Shown here piece after piece: positions 10,439 to 21,400 of a DNA stretch of 64,000 nucleotides. The notes under the pieces are model-generated. The model did not search any database and was not told where the DNA came from. It worked only from the letters and a program-made list of their open reading frames with translations. The position numbers and the translations under genes are program-made. Position 1 is the stretch's first letter, and each line of letters opens with the position of its first letter. This stretch comes from Thecamonas trahens ATCC 50062 (Eukaryota; Protista; Apusomonadida), in the NCBI RefSeq assembly GCF_000142905.1, contig NW_013657628.1, positions 236,267 through 300,266 on the forward strand, read 5' to 3'.

Positions 10439-13400
10439 ATGTACGTACCATGTTATTCCCCTCTCTCTCTCNNNNNNNNNNNNNNNNNNNNNNNNNNNNN
10501 NNNNNNNNNNNNNNNNNNNNNNNNNNNNNNNNNNNNNNNNNNNNNNNNNNNNNNNNNNNNNNNNNNNNNNNNNNNNNNNNNNNNNNNNNNNNNNNNNNNN
10601 NNNNNNNNNNNNNNNNNNNNNNNNNNNNNNNNNNNNNNNNNNNNNNNNNNNNNNNNNNNNNNNNNNNNNNNNNNNNNNNNNNNNNNNNNNNNNNNNNNNN
10701 NNNNNNNNNNNNNNNNNNNNNNNNNNNNNNNNNNNNNNNNNNNNNNNNNNNNNNNNNNNNNNNNNNNNNNNNNNNNNNNNNNNNNNNNNNNNNNNNNNNN
10801 NNNNNNNNNNNNNNNNNNNNNNNNNNNNNNNNNNNNNNNNNNNNNNNNNNNNNNNNNNNNNNNNNNNNNNNNNNNNNNNNNNNNNNNNNNNNNNNNNNNN
10901 NNNNNNNNNNNNNNNNNNNNNNNNNNNNNNNNNNNNNNNNNNNNNNNNNNNNNNNNNNNNNNNNNNNNNNNNNNNNNNNNNNNNNNNNNNNNNNNNNNNN
11001 NNNNNNNNNNNNNNNNNNNNNNNNNNNNNNNNNNNNNNNNNNNNNNNNNNNNNNNNNNNNNNNNNNNNNNNNNNNNNNNNNNNNNNNNNNNNNNNNNNNN
11101 NNNNNNNNNNNNNNNNNNNNNNNNNNNNNNNNNNNNNNNNNNNNNNNNNNNNNNNNNGTGCTTGGCAATGTGCTGTGCTTGGCGATGTGCTGTGCTTGGC
11201 AATGTGCTGCGTGTTTTGGCATTATGCTGTGCTTGGCGATGTGCTGTGCTTGGCAATGTGCTGCGTGTTTGGTATTATGCTGTGCTTGGCGATGTACTGT
11301 GCTTGGCAATGTGCTGTGCTTGGCGATGTGCTGTGCTTGGCAATGTGCTGCGTGTTTGGTATTATGCTGTGCTTGGCGATGTACTGTGCTTGGCAATGTG
11401 CTGCGTGTTTGGCGATGTGCTGTGCTTGGCGATGTACTGTGCTTGGCAATGTGCTGTGCTTGGCGANNNNNNNNNNNNNNNNNNNNNNNNNNNNNNNNNN
11501 NNNNNNNNNNNNNNNNNNNNNNNNNNNNNNNNNNNNNNNNNNNNNNNNNNNNNNNNNNNNNNNNNNCAATGTGCTGTGCTTGGCAATGTGCTGCGTGTTT
11601 GGTATTATGCTGTGCTTGGCGATGTACTGTGCTTGGCAATGTGCTGTGCTTGGCGATGTGCTGTGCTTGGCAATGTGCTGCGTGTTTGGTATTATGCTGT
11701 GCTTGGCGATGTGCCGTGCTTGGCAATGTGCTGCGTGTTTGGCGATGTGCTGCGTGTGACAGGTCGACAATCCCTCCGGTGGAAAAGCAACATGAAACGT
11801 ACCTTCGTCTGAAAGACAAGCCGCTGCAAGGCAAGGCGACATGGTGTGTGGTGTCGGCGCCATGGATGGAGGCCTTTGTCGCCCACGTGGCATCAGGCGC
11901 TCCCCATCCAGGCCCTATCAGTAACGATCATCTTGTTGCGGTCGAAGACGGTGACGAGGATGCTGAGACTCCGGGCGAGGAGAACCAGGGCTTGGCGGGC
12001 AACATCGATGCCACCGAGAACACGGCCGGGAAAGACAAAGGGAAGGAGGAGGACGACGGCGATGGTGAGGAGACAAAGTCCGTGGACAGCGGCGGTGGCG
12101 GCAAGGGTGTGGCTGCGCTGCCGCGGTCGATGGAGGAGTTGGAGAAGGAGGCGCTGGAGCCACCGCGGCTGCGGAAGGACATTCGTGCAGACGTCGACTA
12201 CGTCCTTGTGCCGCAAGAGCTGTATGCCAACCTCGAGGCGTGGTACGGCGGCGGGCCGCAGTTGGCACGGCAGGTAGTGGCGGTAGGCCAGCGGCGCGAG
12301 CTGCGTGTGGACCTCTACCCGGTCACGGTCTACACGCTGAGGTGGAGCGCGACAAGCAAGTGCATTGACGTCAAGTCTGTGCATAAGATCTGGGTCTCGA
12401 CCTACCTCACCTTTGTCATGTTCCGGCTTGACGCGTGTGCCGGCTACTCGACCCCGCCGTACTCGACGCGGTTCTGGCTCATGCCGGACCTTAACGCGCC
12501 GGTGAGCGAGTACCGGATGGTGGAGAAAGACGAGATGAAGCTCTTGCTGGGCGATCTTGGCGTGCAGGACGAGACCATCTTTCTTATCGAGACCCAGGAC
12601 TCGGACAAGAAGTGGCCGCTTGATAGAGTGCGGAGCAGTGCGGCTGGCGCAGCACCAGCAGCGACGGCGCCGGCCTCTGCAGTCTCAGCTGGTGCGACGT
12701 CCCGGAGCTGGGCGACGTCCGGTGTGGAGACGTCGCGGGCAGCCGAGGCCGGGCGGGCGCTGCGGACGGGCGCAGGTGCAACACGGACCTCGGCGTGGTC
12801 GCGGACGAGCTACGGATCGCGGCCGGGCAAGCCGCCGGTCCGCGGTGCGACCGGGCTTTCGAACCTGGGCAACACGTGCTTTATGAACTCGGCGCTGCAG
12901 TGCCTCTCGAACACGACGGTCCTCACCGAGTACTTTCTCTCGGGTGCGTACACCGACGACGTCAACACGACTAACCCGCTGGGGATGGAGGGCAAGCTCG
13001 CGACGGTGTACGCCGAGCTGGTGCGCGACCTGTGGTCCGGGCAGTACACCTCGGTCTCACCGACGCGGTTCAAGGCGCTGATCGGCAAGTTTGCACCGCA
13101 GTTTTCGGGCTTTCAGCAGCACGACTCGCAGGAGCTACTCGGCTTTCTGCTCGACGGTCTCCATGAGGACCTCAACCGGGTGCTGGACAAGCCGCCGACA
13201 GAGAAGCTCGAGTCAGATGGACGGCCCGATGCCGAGGTTGCGGCCGAAGCTTGGGAGCGGCATCTCCTGCGAAACAAGTCGTTCATTGTCGACACCTTTC
13301 AGGCGCAGTTCAAGTCGACGGTGGTGTGTCCGGCCGAGGGTTGTGGGCGGGTCTCGATCACCTTTGACCCGTATCTCTACCTCCAGCTCCCGCTCCCGGT

Positions 13401-14763
13401 CAAGAACTCGAAGCTTGTGCACGCTGTCGTCTCATCGCTCGACAAGCCAGCGATCAAGGTCGCGGTCCAGGTCTCTGTCCACAGCACGCTTGCCGACGTT
13501 CGCCAGCAGCTGGCCGAAACGCTGGACATCGAGAGTGGGCGACTCGTCTTTGCCGACGTGTACGGCTCGCGGATGCTCAACACACTCCCGCCGTGGCGGC
13601 CGGTGCGACAGATGCGCGACGGAGTGGTCCAGCGGGTCTTCCTCGTCTCTCACGAGGTGGCCGACCCAGTCAAGCCGGTCTACACCGCCACCTCGTACTA
13701 CACCCGCGGCGGTGCGGCGGCCAAGGCCAAGGCCGCAGCGGCAAAGGCGGCGGCAGAGGCCGACGCTCCGGACGCAGCACCGGCGCCGCCCGCGGCGGCC
13801 ATTGTCCAGGTCATCCAGCGGCGCAAGATCAAGTCGGCGTACCAGCCGTCGCGGACGGTGACGACCTACCGCATGGGCCTCTTTGGCCTCCCGCTTGTCT
13901 TTACCTACCTCGACGGCACGCTGACAAACGCCCAGCTGCGGGCACAGGTGGTCAATGCGGTGCGGACCAAGGCGTGCGTCAGCGATCCGGGCGCCGAGTT
14001 GTTTGACGCTGTGGACGCCGAGGGCAACAGGCTGGTCTCGCTCGTTCTAGTCTCGTCGACCGGGACGGTGTGCGCGCTGTGTCCGTCAAAGGCGCGGTGC
14101 TCCGGGTGCGAGATCCCAGATGACGAGACGCTGGCCAGCGTTGACCTGCTCGCGCGCTCGTCGGTGGCGGTCCACTGGAGTGCTGCCGCGCTGGAGAAGG
14201 CGCAGGTCATCGGAGTGGCGGCCGGAACGGCGACGGCGACAGGCGCCGTCATTGAGCGCGATCTTGAGGAGCACCCATCGGTGAAGGAGCTCAAGGCCGC
14301 CAGCAAGACGGAGGTCAACCTCGCGTCATGCCTCGAGGCGTTTGCCAAGGAGGAGACGCTCTCCGAGGATGACATGTGGTACTGCTCAAAGTGCAGCGAG
14401 TTCCGGCAGGCGCGTAAGAAGATGGAGGTCTGGTCGACACCCAAGATCCTTGTTATCCAGCTCAAGCGGTTCACCTTCTCGTCGCGCATTCGCGAGAAGA
14501 TCTCATGCGTTGTCGACTTTCCGCTCGAGGGTCTTGACATGGCACCATACGTCATGGACTCTAGCTCGGGCGGGATCTACGACCTCTTTGCCGTCTCGCG
14601 CCACTCGGGCGGCCTCGGTGGCGGCCACTACACCGCTGTCGCCCGCTCGGCCGAGGACGGTGAGTGGTACCTGTGCAACGACTCGCACGTCTCCAGGACC
14701 TCTGCTGACCGCGTCGTCGATCCCTCGGCGTACCTTCTGTTCTACGTCCGGCGCGATGAGTAG
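10439..14763 (+). CDS. Ubiquitin-specific protease, USP4/11/15-like (DUSP, UBL, split C19 catalytic domain); probable join(10439..10440,11763..14763)
   Basis: DUSP motifs (PGPISN, DYVLVP, WYGGGP), Cys box GLSNLGNTCFMNSALQCL, QQHDSQELL, His box YDLFAVSRHSGGLGGGHYTA, AYLLFY. Acceptor TGACAG ends at 11762. The first exon is tentative. Confidence 0.93.
11158..11757 (+). repeat. 17-bp minisatellite (GTGCTTGGC[A/G]ATGTGCT with GCGTGTTTGGTATTATGCT-type variants) in the USP intron, broken by gaps
   Basis: Directly visible tandem units with a higher-order variant pattern, adjoining N gaps 10472-11157 and 11467-11566. Confidence 0.95.
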
Positions 14764-14911
14764 GGCTTCCATCGCCCCTCCACGTAAAAAAACTCCGCCC
14801 CAACCTTTTGCAAGCAGAGACGGTGGCGTGCGCACCTGACACGGGCCGTGGCGCAGGGAGGGGAAGGGAGAGTCAGCAAGCCATACTCACCTCGAGGGAG
14901 ATCGAACGACG

Positions 14912-15418
14912 ATGAAGGTGCCGGACAATGACGAGTTCTGGCGTGTGGCGACGCCGCTTGTGGAGAGCGGGCGAGCGGTGGAGGGCACGCTGATGCGGCA
15001 GCGGTGCCTCCGTGCGGCGAGCAACGATGAGTTTGCCGCCGCTGCGCATTACGAGGACTCGGGAATGGTGATCAAGCTACCGGCCGATGACGTGGCGGCT
15101 GCCATCGAGGCCGGCGTGGGCAAGGCCTTCTCCATCAAGACCGGATCGGTGTTCAAGGAATGGCTCTGGGTCACCCTCCCCTCGTCCGAGTGGCTCCCGT
15201 GGCTGGAGAAGGCACTGGCGTACGCGGAGATCAAACCTAAGAAGAGGCCCAAGGCGACCAAGAAGAAGGAGAAGAAGCCCAAGACGACCAAGAAAGAGTC
15301 CAAGGTCACATCGAAGGCGGCGACCATCAAGCCACGTGGACGTGCCCAGCGGGGCGGAGGCGACGATGGCAAGGTTGGTGCAAGGGCGCGGTCGCGATCG
15401 CGGACTCGGAGCTCGTAG
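14912..15418 (+). CDS. TfoX-N/YjbR-like small domain of bacterial type plus Lys/Arg-rich tail
   Basis: GTLM..RCLR...MVIKLPADDVAAAIEAGVGKAF...GSVFKEWLWV...WLPWLEKALAYA resembles bacterial LVVKLP..RV..L...G.G..F...GR.MKEW...W..LA.EA..F proteins (recalled pattern, not searched). Intronless. Confidence 0.6.
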   Translation: MKVPDNDEFWRVATPLVESGRAVEGTLMRQRCLRAASNDEFAAAAHYEDSGMVIKLPADDVAAAIEAGVGKAFSIKTGSVFKEWLWVTLPSSEWLPWLEKALAYAEIKPKKRPKATKKKEKKPKTTKKESKVTSKAATIKPRGRAQRGGGDDGKVGARARSRSRTRSS

Positions 15419-15638
15419 CGAAATCGGGGAGCGGGGGAGGCTTTGGGAAGTAAACACGGTGACGTGTGGGGTGATCATGGTGGTCAGCCCCAGATCAGCC
15501 TGCAGATCAGCGTGGGCATGAGAGAGGACAGGGGGAGGTGCGGCGAGATGTAAACAACAGGTTTAGCATCTACACACAGTAGACTCACCGGCCGTCCCAA
15601 GAGGAGGGAACGGCGGCAGTGTGGCAGAGTGGCGACCG

Positions 15639-15947
15639 TTAGAAGAACTTGCCCTTGCCCGGATCAGCAGGCGGAGCTTGAGCGATATTGAGTCTCTTCT
15701 TGTCTGTGGCATACGACGATCCGGCCTGTGATCTCGGATCTGCATCGCCTGAGAAGCACTCTTGGTGGTAGCGGAGCTGTATGCGTGCGCCGTGGCGGAT
15801 GATGTACTTTGAGCCCTTTGTGATGTACGCCTTGCACTCTCGGCAGAGATGCCGTGTGCCCTCGGCTACCCGTCCTCGCTCGATCCGCCAGTATGACGAC
15901 CGTCCTCGTCCGAGTGTAGACACGCCGGGCTCGCTGTAGTCAGCCAT
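15639..15947 (-). CDS. Small stand-alone PARP-type zinc-finger protein
   Basis: WRIE...CRECKAYITKG...RYHQECF gives the CxxC...HxxC spacing of zf-PARP. A likely upstream intron GTATGT(16139)...AAACAG(15992) precedes the ATG. Confidence 0.65.
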   Translation of the reverse strand: MADYSEPGVSTLGRGRSSYWRIERGRVAEGTRHLCRECKAYITKGSKYIIRHGARIQLRYHQECFSGDADPRSQAGSSYATDKKRLNIAQAPPADPGKGKFF

Positions 15948-17056
15948 GATGCATGCGTCGTCTTGACTCGGTGTATGATGCCAAGTCGTGGCTGTTTGAC
16001 GTGGCTCGGTCGAGGTGGTGGTGGCTCTGGGTGGCTTTGGGGGGTGGGGGGGAGAGAGAAGGGCGACGGGCGACGGGCGACGGGGAAGGAGTGGGGGTGG
16101 GGGAGGGAGGGGGGGGGGGGGGGGGGGGGGTGCACATACTCGCTTGCCGGCCTTGCGATCGCTCGGCTGACTGGACAGTGATTCCGAGAAAGACTCGCCG
16201 TCGAGGTGAACGTGCGAGTTGCGGGAGCGCGCGTATTACGCCACGCCAGTGGCGACGGACGCTTCCACTACAAAGGCGGCGGCTGCGAGCGACCATGTCA
16301 CTGCCGAGTTCTGGCCCGACGGCAACGATCCGCCTGTGCTGGCGGCGGCGTCAGGGCCGGGACTAGCCATCGGCGCGTCGGCAGCCACCATGCGACCCAC
16401 GGCCGACTCCACCGACCCGGGTGCGGCTTTGACGGTCACATAGAGCGGAACCGACAGCAGCGACCGGTACTAGTGCACGGGCTTCAAGCGAAAGAAGCCA
16501 TGGCTATTTGCGTGCTATTTTCCCCGCCGATTTTTCGGTGGCTCTGTTACGCAGCAACAACCAGCGCGCAACGTCTCACATCACGCTACCTGCACGGATG
16601 AAGGGGGGGGGGGGCAAGAGAAGTTAAAGTGTAGGTAATATGTGGGGAGTCTTGTCTGGAGGTGAGAGGTAGGCGGGATTGTCTGTGCGTAGAGTGTGTT
16701 GGGGAGGAGGAGGAGGATGAGGAGACAGAAAAATACCGATGGCGTTGACCACGAGTGGTGTTTGGAAGCGATATAAGTCGATACTCACAGTGACAACCAC
16801 AGTGCGAGCTGTGTGTTGTGTAGCTCAAGTACTTGACATGTCTCGATGAACACAGCGTGGTGTGGTGCACGATGTGTGTGTGTGTGTGTGTGTGGATGTG
16901 GATGTGTGGCAGGTACGATTATCTCTTCATGAAATTCATCGTTGGCCAGTTTCGGGTAACCATCCACGGCCATTTGAGCAGACGACAGCAGCCGTAGGTG
17001 ACCGCCATAGGTAACGGGCAGACCACGACGATACACTCCACCCACGGGGGCATCCC

Positions 17057-18388
17057 ATGCCCATACCCATGGGCCACACTCCCTCCATGTCTTCCATAGA
17101 CATTGCTGGCCCTGGCTCGAGCCCTGGCTCCAGCCCTGGCTCCAGCCCTGGCTCCAGCTCCAGCTCTGGCCCACTCCGTCCCCGTCCTTCGCAACCGTCC
17201 CGTATCACACCACCTGGTCCCTCTCTCGACCATGGTGATCATGACGGCAATCATGGTCTCACTCGTACTGGTCATCATCGGCATGTTGACGCATTGTTGG
17301 AGAGTGCGTGTGATGATGATGATGATGATGGTGGTGATGGCCATGGCAGTGGTGATGGTGATCGTGGTCGTGGTCGTGATCGTGGTCGTGATGATGGTGG
17401 TCGTGGTGGTGATGGTGATGGTGGTCGTGGTGGTGATCGTGGTCGTGATGATGGTGGTCGTGGTGGTGATCGTGGTCGTGGTGGTGATGGTGGTCGTGAT
17501 GGTGGTCGTGGTCGTGGTCGTGGTCGTCATGCCGATCAACGTGGCGGTCATCATGCCTATGGCACCAATAGTGCTCGTCGTGCCAGGCGTCCTGCTCGTC
17601 GCCAACATCCCAGGCCCGCTGCCAACCTGGTTAGTCATCGCGTCCATCCAGCGCTCGCAGCCACACGGGCAGCCAAATGGGAGACTGCTCGTGCTCATCT
17701 GGCCGGCCCCGGAGTCTCCTCCAAGCTGTGCGATACCATCTTGCTCACTATGATCCCCCCGCGGGCTTCCCCGCCACATCGCAGTTGGCTGCGCTTGCTG
17801 GTGGCGGTCGTGCTGGAGCGGCCAGGCGCGTCAATGCCGGCGGCCAAGGCGAGGGTCACGCCGCCGTGGGCGGCTGGCGAGTCGGCATTGCTGGCGGCAG
17901 CCAACGCCGGATGCGTCGAGGCTGTCCGCGTCCTCGTCGAGGCTGGAGGCGTCCGCCGATCTGTAGCCGCCGATGCCGCTCTCACCGCCATCGTCACCGG
18001 CCCACACATCGACATCCTTGCGCTGCTGGCGCTCACCGACGGCGTGGTGTTCACGACTCGCCACGTCGCGGCTGCGCTTGACGCCTTGCCTGCGCTCGAA
18101 GTTCTGCTCATGGTCGCTGATGACCACGGGCTTGATCTCCGCCACGCGCTCGCGCTTGCCATCGACGCAAGCAACGCTCCGGCCGTCGCCGTCCTCCTCG
18201 ACGCGCCTTCCCTCTCTGATATTTCCTTTCACGCTCATGGCCCTCTCCGGCGCGCCCTCGCACGCCGGCAGAGCCCTGACGCTCCGGCAGACGCTGCGGA
18301 GGCGGTAGTCGACCTCCTCGTGGCCCACTCTGCCAGCCCAGCGCCAGCTGTCGTCACTGTTTACGAACCAGCTCTCCTGACTTTGTAA
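17057..18388 (+). CDS. Ankyrin-like repeat protein with low-complexity G/D/R-rich N-terminus (start uncertain)
   Basis: ALLAAANAGCVEAVRVLVEAG, ALTAIVTGPHIDILALL, ALALAIDASNAPAVAVLLDA and PLRRAL...AVVDLLVAH are degenerate ankyrin repeats. Confidence 0.6.
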   Translation: MPIPMGHTPSMSSIDIAGPGSSPGSSPGSSPGSSSSSGPLRPRPSQPSRITPPGPSLDHGDHDGNHGLTRTGHHRHVDALLESACDDDDDDGGDGHGSGDGDRGRGRDRGRDDGGRGGDGDGGRGGDRGRDDGGRGGDRGRGGDGGRDGGRGRGRGRHADQRGGHHAYGTNSARRARRPARRQHPRPAANLVSHRVHPALAATRAAKWETARAHLAGPGVSSKLCDTILLTMIPPRASPPHRSWLRLLVAVVLERPGASMPAAKARVTPPWAAGESALLAAANAGCVEAVRVLVEAGGVRRSVAADAALTAIVTGPHIDILALLALTDGVVFTTRHVAAALDALPALEVLLMVADDHGLDLRHALALAIDASNAPAVAVLLDAPSLSDISFHAHGPLRRALARRQSPDAPADAAEAVVDLLVAHSASPAPAVVTVYEPALLTL

Positions 18389-18405
18389 AACCACGCCGTA
18401 GACGG

Positions 18406-21400
18406 TCACGAGCCGCGGCGCTTAGCATGGACGAGCGCGTAGATGCGACGGTCAAACTGCGCCTGCGACCGGAGCGAGGCCTCGGGCGACCACTCGGAGC
18501 CTAGCTGGAGCGGCGGAGGCTGGGCGACTGGTGAAAAGGCCGCGGCCGGGGAGCGCCCGCGACTTGGCGCGCGTGGCGAGAGCACCGCCTCCAGGCCGGC
18601 GTCGACAGCACGGGCCTGCTCGGCCTCGGGGCGCGCTCTCTTGGCCTTGGACTTAGTCTTGCGCCGTTCCTTCTCTTCGGCCTTGCGCTTCCGCCGCCGC
18701 TCGCGCTTGCGCTCCTTCTCATCTGCAATCCGGATGGCTGTCGTCGTGTTGGAGACCGAGCGGAGAAAGGCGTACAGTGTCTCAGCGACTTCGGCAAACG
18801 GCATGGCCTGTTCGCATAGAAACGCACCAGCTTGCGCCCACCGTGCCTGCAGCTCGGCGAGGACCGCGTCGAGCTCGCCCATTCGCGACTCGGCTGCTGT
18901 CACAAACTCCTGCAGCCTGGCTACAACTGCGAGCTCGTCGGCGCACGGACCATCGCCAGCGATCAGCAACGTCAGCAGCTCCTGGGCTGAGCTTAGCACG
19001 GCCCTGACCTTGTCAGCGTTAGCGGTGATGACACCCAGCTGCATGCCTGCGCCGCGCTTGAAGATCGGCTCCAGGTTATGCAGCGCACGCAGCTCGTCGC
19101 GGACGCCACCAGTCTCGGCTCTCTCCATGGCGCGGAGCACAAACTCGAGGAGCGTGATCGCCCGGGTGCCGGGCGATGCCTCGGACCTCGTCTCGCACAC
19201 CTGGATGAGCGAGCCGAGCCGAAAGCCCGCAGCTTCGCCGCGCGCACCGAGCTTACCGTTGAGCACGTTGCAGCAGAAGAGGAGCCGGTGGAGCATGCGA
19301 TGGAGCGGCGCAGAGTCAAAGATGGCAGCAAGCACCCGCTCAATCCGCTCGGCCTGGATGACGACCTCGCCGACGTCGTGCTCAAACTCATGGATGGCAC
19401 CGGCCACCTGCAGCCGCTGCCGCCAGTGCGGGACCCGCGCCACCCGCACCAGTAGCCGCTCGTTGGCGGGCAGGTGAGCGAGCTCGCCGGCAAAGCCAGC
19501 TAGCACCGGGTCGAGCTCGTCGGCCTTGCCTGCAGCCTCAACAGCCTTGGCCAGCGCCTTGACGTTCTCGCGGGTGAGCACGTCTGGCGAGAGGTCGCGG
19601 AGGCCGGCAACGAGGACGTCGGTCGAGTACGCAGTCGTCAGCTTGCGGAGATTGATCTCCACATTCATGGACACGCTCGGCCCCGAGAGAACCGTCGCGC
19701 TCGGCTGTGCACGCTTGCTGCGGGACAACTTGCTATCGTCGTCGTCGTCGGAACCGCCGCTGCGCTTGCTATCGCCGGCGTCATTCGACCGCAGCGAAAA
19801 AGCTTCAACAAGCGTCTCGGGCGTGACCACCAGCTCCTCGGGTGTCACTTCCTTGCTCCACACCGACTCGTCGGCCGGTGCCTTGACCGCCTTGAGGAAG
19901 ACCTTGCGCGTCCGCACATTCGGCGCCGACGAAGGGTTTGCGGCGGCATTGCCACTGGTTGCGAAAATCCCTGGCGGTGGCGGCGGGATGGTGGATGGTG
20001 GTGGCGGCGGTGGTGGCGGAGGTGGAGCAGTGGTCGGCGGCGGCGGTGGCGGCGGCGGTGGCGGCGGCGGTGGCGGAGTCGACTCCGATGCCGGCTCGGG
20101 CTCGGGCTCGGGCTTGGGCTCGTCAGCATACTTTTCCCCGCTACCAGAGCCAGAGCCGGCTCCAGAGTCGGCTCCAGAGTCGGCTCCAGAGCCGGCTCCA
20201 GAGCCGGCCCCAGAGCCGGACCCGTGACCTCTTCCACAGCCTAGACCGGCGGCGACGTCGGCCGGCACGCTCAGCACGCGCGGGTCGATGGCAGAGAGGG
20301 CGGTTGCCGGGAGGAACGGGGCCGTCGCAGGCGAGCCACTGGGCAAGATCGATTCGGAGAGGCGGGTGTAGATGGGGTCGGCGGCATGGGTGCCTGCGGT
20401 GTGGGCGGCGACCGAGCGGTCAAAGGCCTCGTCCGAGTCGTCGTCCGAAGAAAAGTCGGACCAGGCTGGGTTGGAGCTAAAGCTGACGTCGCCGCGTGCG
20501 ATGAGAGGCTCGAGCTCGGCATCAACAACGCTGAGCATGCGGTCAAGAACGAGGGCAATGTTGGCGCCGGGCATCTGAGTGGCAACTGTGAGCCGCTGCA
20601 GGACGTCAAGAAAGGATACGGCGGCCTGGTTGCCATCACCGGACATTTTCCAGCGGGCAAGGAGCGCCTCGACGAGCTTGACGTGTGAGAAGCAGGGATC
20701 TGCAGAGCGGTCCGAGATATAGCGCTCAGTAAAGGTGGTGATCTGGACGCGGAGCATGTCGACCTGGCCGACAACCTCGTGGCTCGCGCGGAGCTCGGTA
20801 CAGTCTGCGTCGAGGCTTAGCTCGAGGGCGCAGAGCAGGTGCTCAAAGCCCAAGTCCATAAGCTCCGACCTGAGCCGGACGCGGAGATTGATGTCGCCTG
20901 GCTGGTTGATGAGCGCGTTGACGAGGCCGAGCGCAGCCGAGGCGAGCGCGAGCTCGCTAGTCCGCGAGGCAGAGGCGGGCGCGACGGTAGCGGCATCGCG
21001 TCTCCGGGGGTCAGGACTCCTTGTCCCGAAGAAAAGTCGGACCAGGCTGGGTTGGAGCTAAAGCTGACGTCGCCGCGTGCGATGAGAGGCTCGAGCTCGG
21101 CATCAACAACGCTGAGCATGCGGTCAAGAACGAGGGCAATGTTGGCGCCGGGCATCTGAGTGGCAACTGTGAGCCGCTGCAGGACGTCAAGAAAGGATAC
21201 GGCGGCCTGGTTGCCATCACCGGACATTTTCCAGCGGGCAAGGAGCGCCTCGACGAGCTTGACGTGTGAGAAGCAGGGATCTGCAGAGCGGTCCGAGATA
21301 TAGCGCTCAGTAAAGGTGGTGATCTGGACGCGGAGCATGTCGACCTGGCCGACAACCTCGTGGCTCGCGCGGAGCTCGGTACAGTCTGTGTCGAGGCTTA

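Noticed and set aside
11158-11757. Possible CRISPR array or Cys-rich (CLAMCCAW) protein repeat
   Set aside because: Head-to-tail 17-bp units with no unique spacers, no cas genes and a eukaryotic intron context.
16913-17000. YDYLFMKFIVG resembling a Rab N-terminus
   Set aside because: No P-loop follows and the frame stops after about 27 codons.
20817-21030. Programmed ribosomal frameshift in the formin or in the adhesin (43844)
   Set aside because: Both frame breaks coincide exactly with duplication junctions, and I saw no slippery heptamer.
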